Assembly (NCBI RefSeq): GCF_000002865.3
Contig: NW_001865086.1
Location: 97,447-161,446, forward strand
Source: Monosiga brevicollis MX1
Taxonomy: Eukaryota
DNA length: 64,000 nucleotides
Direction: 5' to 3'
The notes beneath the pieces are model-generated. The model worked only from the letters and a program-made list of their open reading frames with translations, made no database searches and was not told the DNA's origin. Positions 61,590-64,000 of this stretch are shown here, one piece after another. Numbering within the stretch: the stretch's first letter is position 1; each line of letters begins with the position of its first letter. The position numbers and the translations under genes were made by a program.

Positions 61590-63236
61590 TTAGCTGGAGG
61601 GCTGGGCGACCCATGCGTTATTTTGCCAACCCGGTTGTTGGAAAAAGTTGGCCGGGGCCCATTTCAGCATGGGATGCCAGGCAGCAGCAGCAGCGGCGGC
61701 GGCGGCAGCAGCAGCAGCAGCATAGGCAGGGCCGTTGGCGTTGGGAGGATACGGCATGGCAAAGGGAACGGGACCCATTGGAGGCTGCATCATGGATTGG
61801 TAAAATTGCTGTTGCTGTTGCTGGAAAGCGAGCATGACGTTGGTGGCCGAGGTAGGCATGATGACGCGAACAGGGGCATGTTGGTGTGGATGGGGCGTTG
61901 CGTTGCGCGTGTCTGAGATGCCAGAGGTGGTCGAAAGAGCTGGGGAGCCGCGGCGCGTTGTGCGGGTGGATTGTTTTCCACTGACGCTTTCTGTGGCGGA
62001 ACCCGTGGCACTATCGACTGTGCTGCCGATGGCGCTGTCTGAGACTGCTTCGCTGGTGGTGCGAGTGCGGTTGGCACCATTGGCATTGGTGAGTTGCTGA
62101 TGGCAGGGTGAGGACTGGGAGGCTCGTTGCTGGTGCTTGGAGAGGGGTTGTCGCGGTTGCTGCTTGTGCTGCTGTTGTTGTTGTGGAGGAGGATGAAGGT
62201 GAATTTGTTCATGGATGATGGCGGGGAGGCCAAACTGGGCCAGGTTATTGAGGACGAGGGGCATGTCTTGTTTAATCATGCGAAGGATGGCCATTTCGAG
62301 GAGCTGCAGCACCGAGGGGGAAGTGGCGAGGTGTAGGTGAGGCAACTGTGGGACGGGGCTGCTGTGGGCGATGGCCAGCGGAAGGGCTGGGCGAGGTCGA
62401 CTTACCCTGGTACTGCAGGTGGGAAACCTTTCCTTGGCCTTGTCGAGAAGAACGACGGCCTTTTGGGAATTGACGGGCAGGTGTTCGCGATTGCAAAACC
62501 AGGTGCGTTGGAGGGTGGGGTGCCAAAAGGCGGGGGAATCGGAGAGACAGTGGCGAACGGAGGTCCGCCAGCAGGCGCGGGAGGTGACGCTGGTGGCGTC
62601 GGGGTGGGAGAGCATCCATTCGCAGAGGCGCTTGGTGGTGAGGCCCGACTTTGGCTCGGAGGCCAGGGCCATGGCCAAGCATGTGGCATATGTCAATGGC
62701 ATGTTGACGGTAACGCACGCACGGTCGTTGGGTAGGAGGGGCGTGCGTGCGTCAAGCGAGAGGCTGGGCCAGAATACTGGGCGCAGGGCCGGATCGGGGT
62801 ACGAGGCTTTGATCTGTGGGTCGGATTGGATGGAAAAGAAAAAAATGCGAGTGGCGGATCGGGCAGTCCACCTCGATGCGCGAGGCGGCGTAGATCCTGA
62901 GCAGACGGTAGGAGGAGCGGTCGGGGAAAAAAAGGGAAAGCTATGGCTGTGGGCTATGCTTGTCGCCAAACGTGGGTGTTGACGTGGACTACTCACGTTT
63001 GGGTCTGACGCGGCGTCGATGCGATGTTGATGCGGGCCGCGCTGGCCGGCGTAAGTGGGCAGGAGACAGAGGGCAAGGTAAAGCCAGGGGTTTGCTGATG
63101 GCGTGGACCGAGCTGGAATGCCGAGGGCGTCGTTGGTAATTTCTTGGATTTTTTTTTTTTCCATCAGATCTCCGGAAAGCGGTTGTTCTGGTTCTGGCGA
63201 CGGCAGTTGATGACTCTTCTGTGGTGATGCCGTCAA
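61590..63236 (-). CDS. Divergent forkhead-domain transcription factor (5' exons uncertain)
   Basis: PLTYATCLAMAL...GLTTKRLCEWML...WRTSVRHCLSDSPAF (about 62480-62702) follows the forkhead pattern; Q-rich and A-rich low-complexity C-terminus; in-frame introns lie inside the ORF. Confidence 0.7.
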   Translation of the reverse strand: MTASPQKSHQLPSPEPEQPLSGDLMEKKKIQEITNDALGIPARSTPSANPWLYLALCLLPTYAGQRGPHQHRIDAASDPNVSSPRQHPRLATSIAHSHSFPFFSPTAPPTVCSGSTPPRASRWTARSATRIFFFSIQSDPQIKASYPDPALRPVFWPSLSLDARTPLLPNDRACVTVNMPLTYATCLAMALASEPKSGLTTKRLCEWMLSHPDATSVTSRACWRTSVRHCLSDSPAFWHPTLQRTWFCNREHLPVNSQKAVVLLDKAKERFPTCSTRVSRPRPALPLAIAHSSPVPQLPHLHLATSPSVLQLLEMAILRMIKQDMPLVLNNLAQFGLPAIIHEQIHLHPPPQQQQQHKQQPRQPLSKHQQRASQSSPCHQQLTNANGANRTRTTSEAVSDSAIGSTVDSATGSATESVSGKQSTRTTRRGSPALSTTSGISDTRNATPHPHQHAPVRVIMPTSATNVMLAFQQQQQQFYQSMMQPPMGPVPFAMPYPPNANGPAYAAAAAAAAAAAAAAWHPMLKWAPANFFQQPGWQNNAWVAQPSS

Positions 63237-63749
63237 TTTAATCTAGCAGAACGTCGGCGGTTGCGAGGAATCGGATATGGTGGGGGAGGGAGGACAGGCC
63301 GATCAGGAAAGATGCGTGCGTCGTGCGATGTTTTGGACTTGCGTGTCCCGGTTCGAAAAAACGACGTGTGGGAGGGCTCGCGAGGGAACAGCGTACTGGG
63401 GGGGGAGGCAGGGATCGTTGGCAAGCCGTGCTTGTTGAGGGTTTAGCTGATGCCTTGCTTGAGGGTGCGTGCTTGCTCTGTAGCAGTACGTGGTCGAGAC
63501 GGGTCAGGCCAAGCCAGGGGGGTGCCAATCACGGTGGTGAAGACGCGGCGAAATCCTAAGAATTGACACCAAGGTATCAAGAAAGAAGGATACGCAAGGG
63601 GGTTGGGGCAAGCACGACGACGTTTGGGGCACGTGGTGAGCCGGACGCGAAAACGGTTTTATTTTTTAAAAACATCAACAGCGAGGGCGCTTGCGCAGCA
63701 GCAGCAAATCAAGGACATGCTTGCAGGTTGATCGAGTAATGGAGTGGAG

Positions 63750-63792
<43 letters not shown>

Positions 63793-64000
63793 GATGATGG
63801 TCCGGTGACCAACGTGTCGACGCGTCTCGCCTGACGACTTGTATGCAATGGCCCCAACCCCTGTGATGTGTGTGTGTGTGGAAGAGGAGAGAGAGAGAGG
63901 AGAGAGGGGAGAGAAGGGAGAGAGGAGAGAGAGGGAGAGCATTGGAAATGGTTCGGGTCGCCATGGCGCAATCGTGCCGTGTCAAAAGCCATAACCAGAA

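Overview
Intron-rich eukaryotic DNA with short GT-AG introns, many microsatellites and five N gaps. Composition and gene content suggest a choanoflagellate such as Monosiga (inference). The ORF track fragments most genes, so exons were rebuilt by hand. The main feature is a gene family encoding ankyrin repeats, a helical/coiled-coil region, an atypical Ser/Thr kinase and a PARP-type ADP-ribosyltransferase with an intact H-Y-E triad (about 1208 aa, 12 exons). It is present as two intact copies in inverted orientation (8282-13536 minus; 36373-41651 plus) plus a pseudogenised third copy (about 6185-7400). Each internal ankyrin repeat is its own phase-0 exon (99 nt, one of 102 nt) in near-identical introns. 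Across the ten repeat exons I found no synonymous differences, and amino-acid changes concentrate at the ankyrin target-binding positions, which points to a diversifying receptor-effector, possibly immune. The first 8 kb holds gene debris: a frameshifted beta-helix gene, a two-pore-channel 5' fragment and a sarcoglycan-like 3' exon. Other content: glutathionyl-hydroquinone reductase with an intron-nested antisense ORF, UNG, EamA transporter, rhomboid-like protein, three tRNA-Asn genes, an atypical SDR, a PIF/Harbinger-type transposase, a mucin-like surface protein, CLYBL, TEX261/SVP26, a SAC2-like phosphatase and a divergent forkhead gene.
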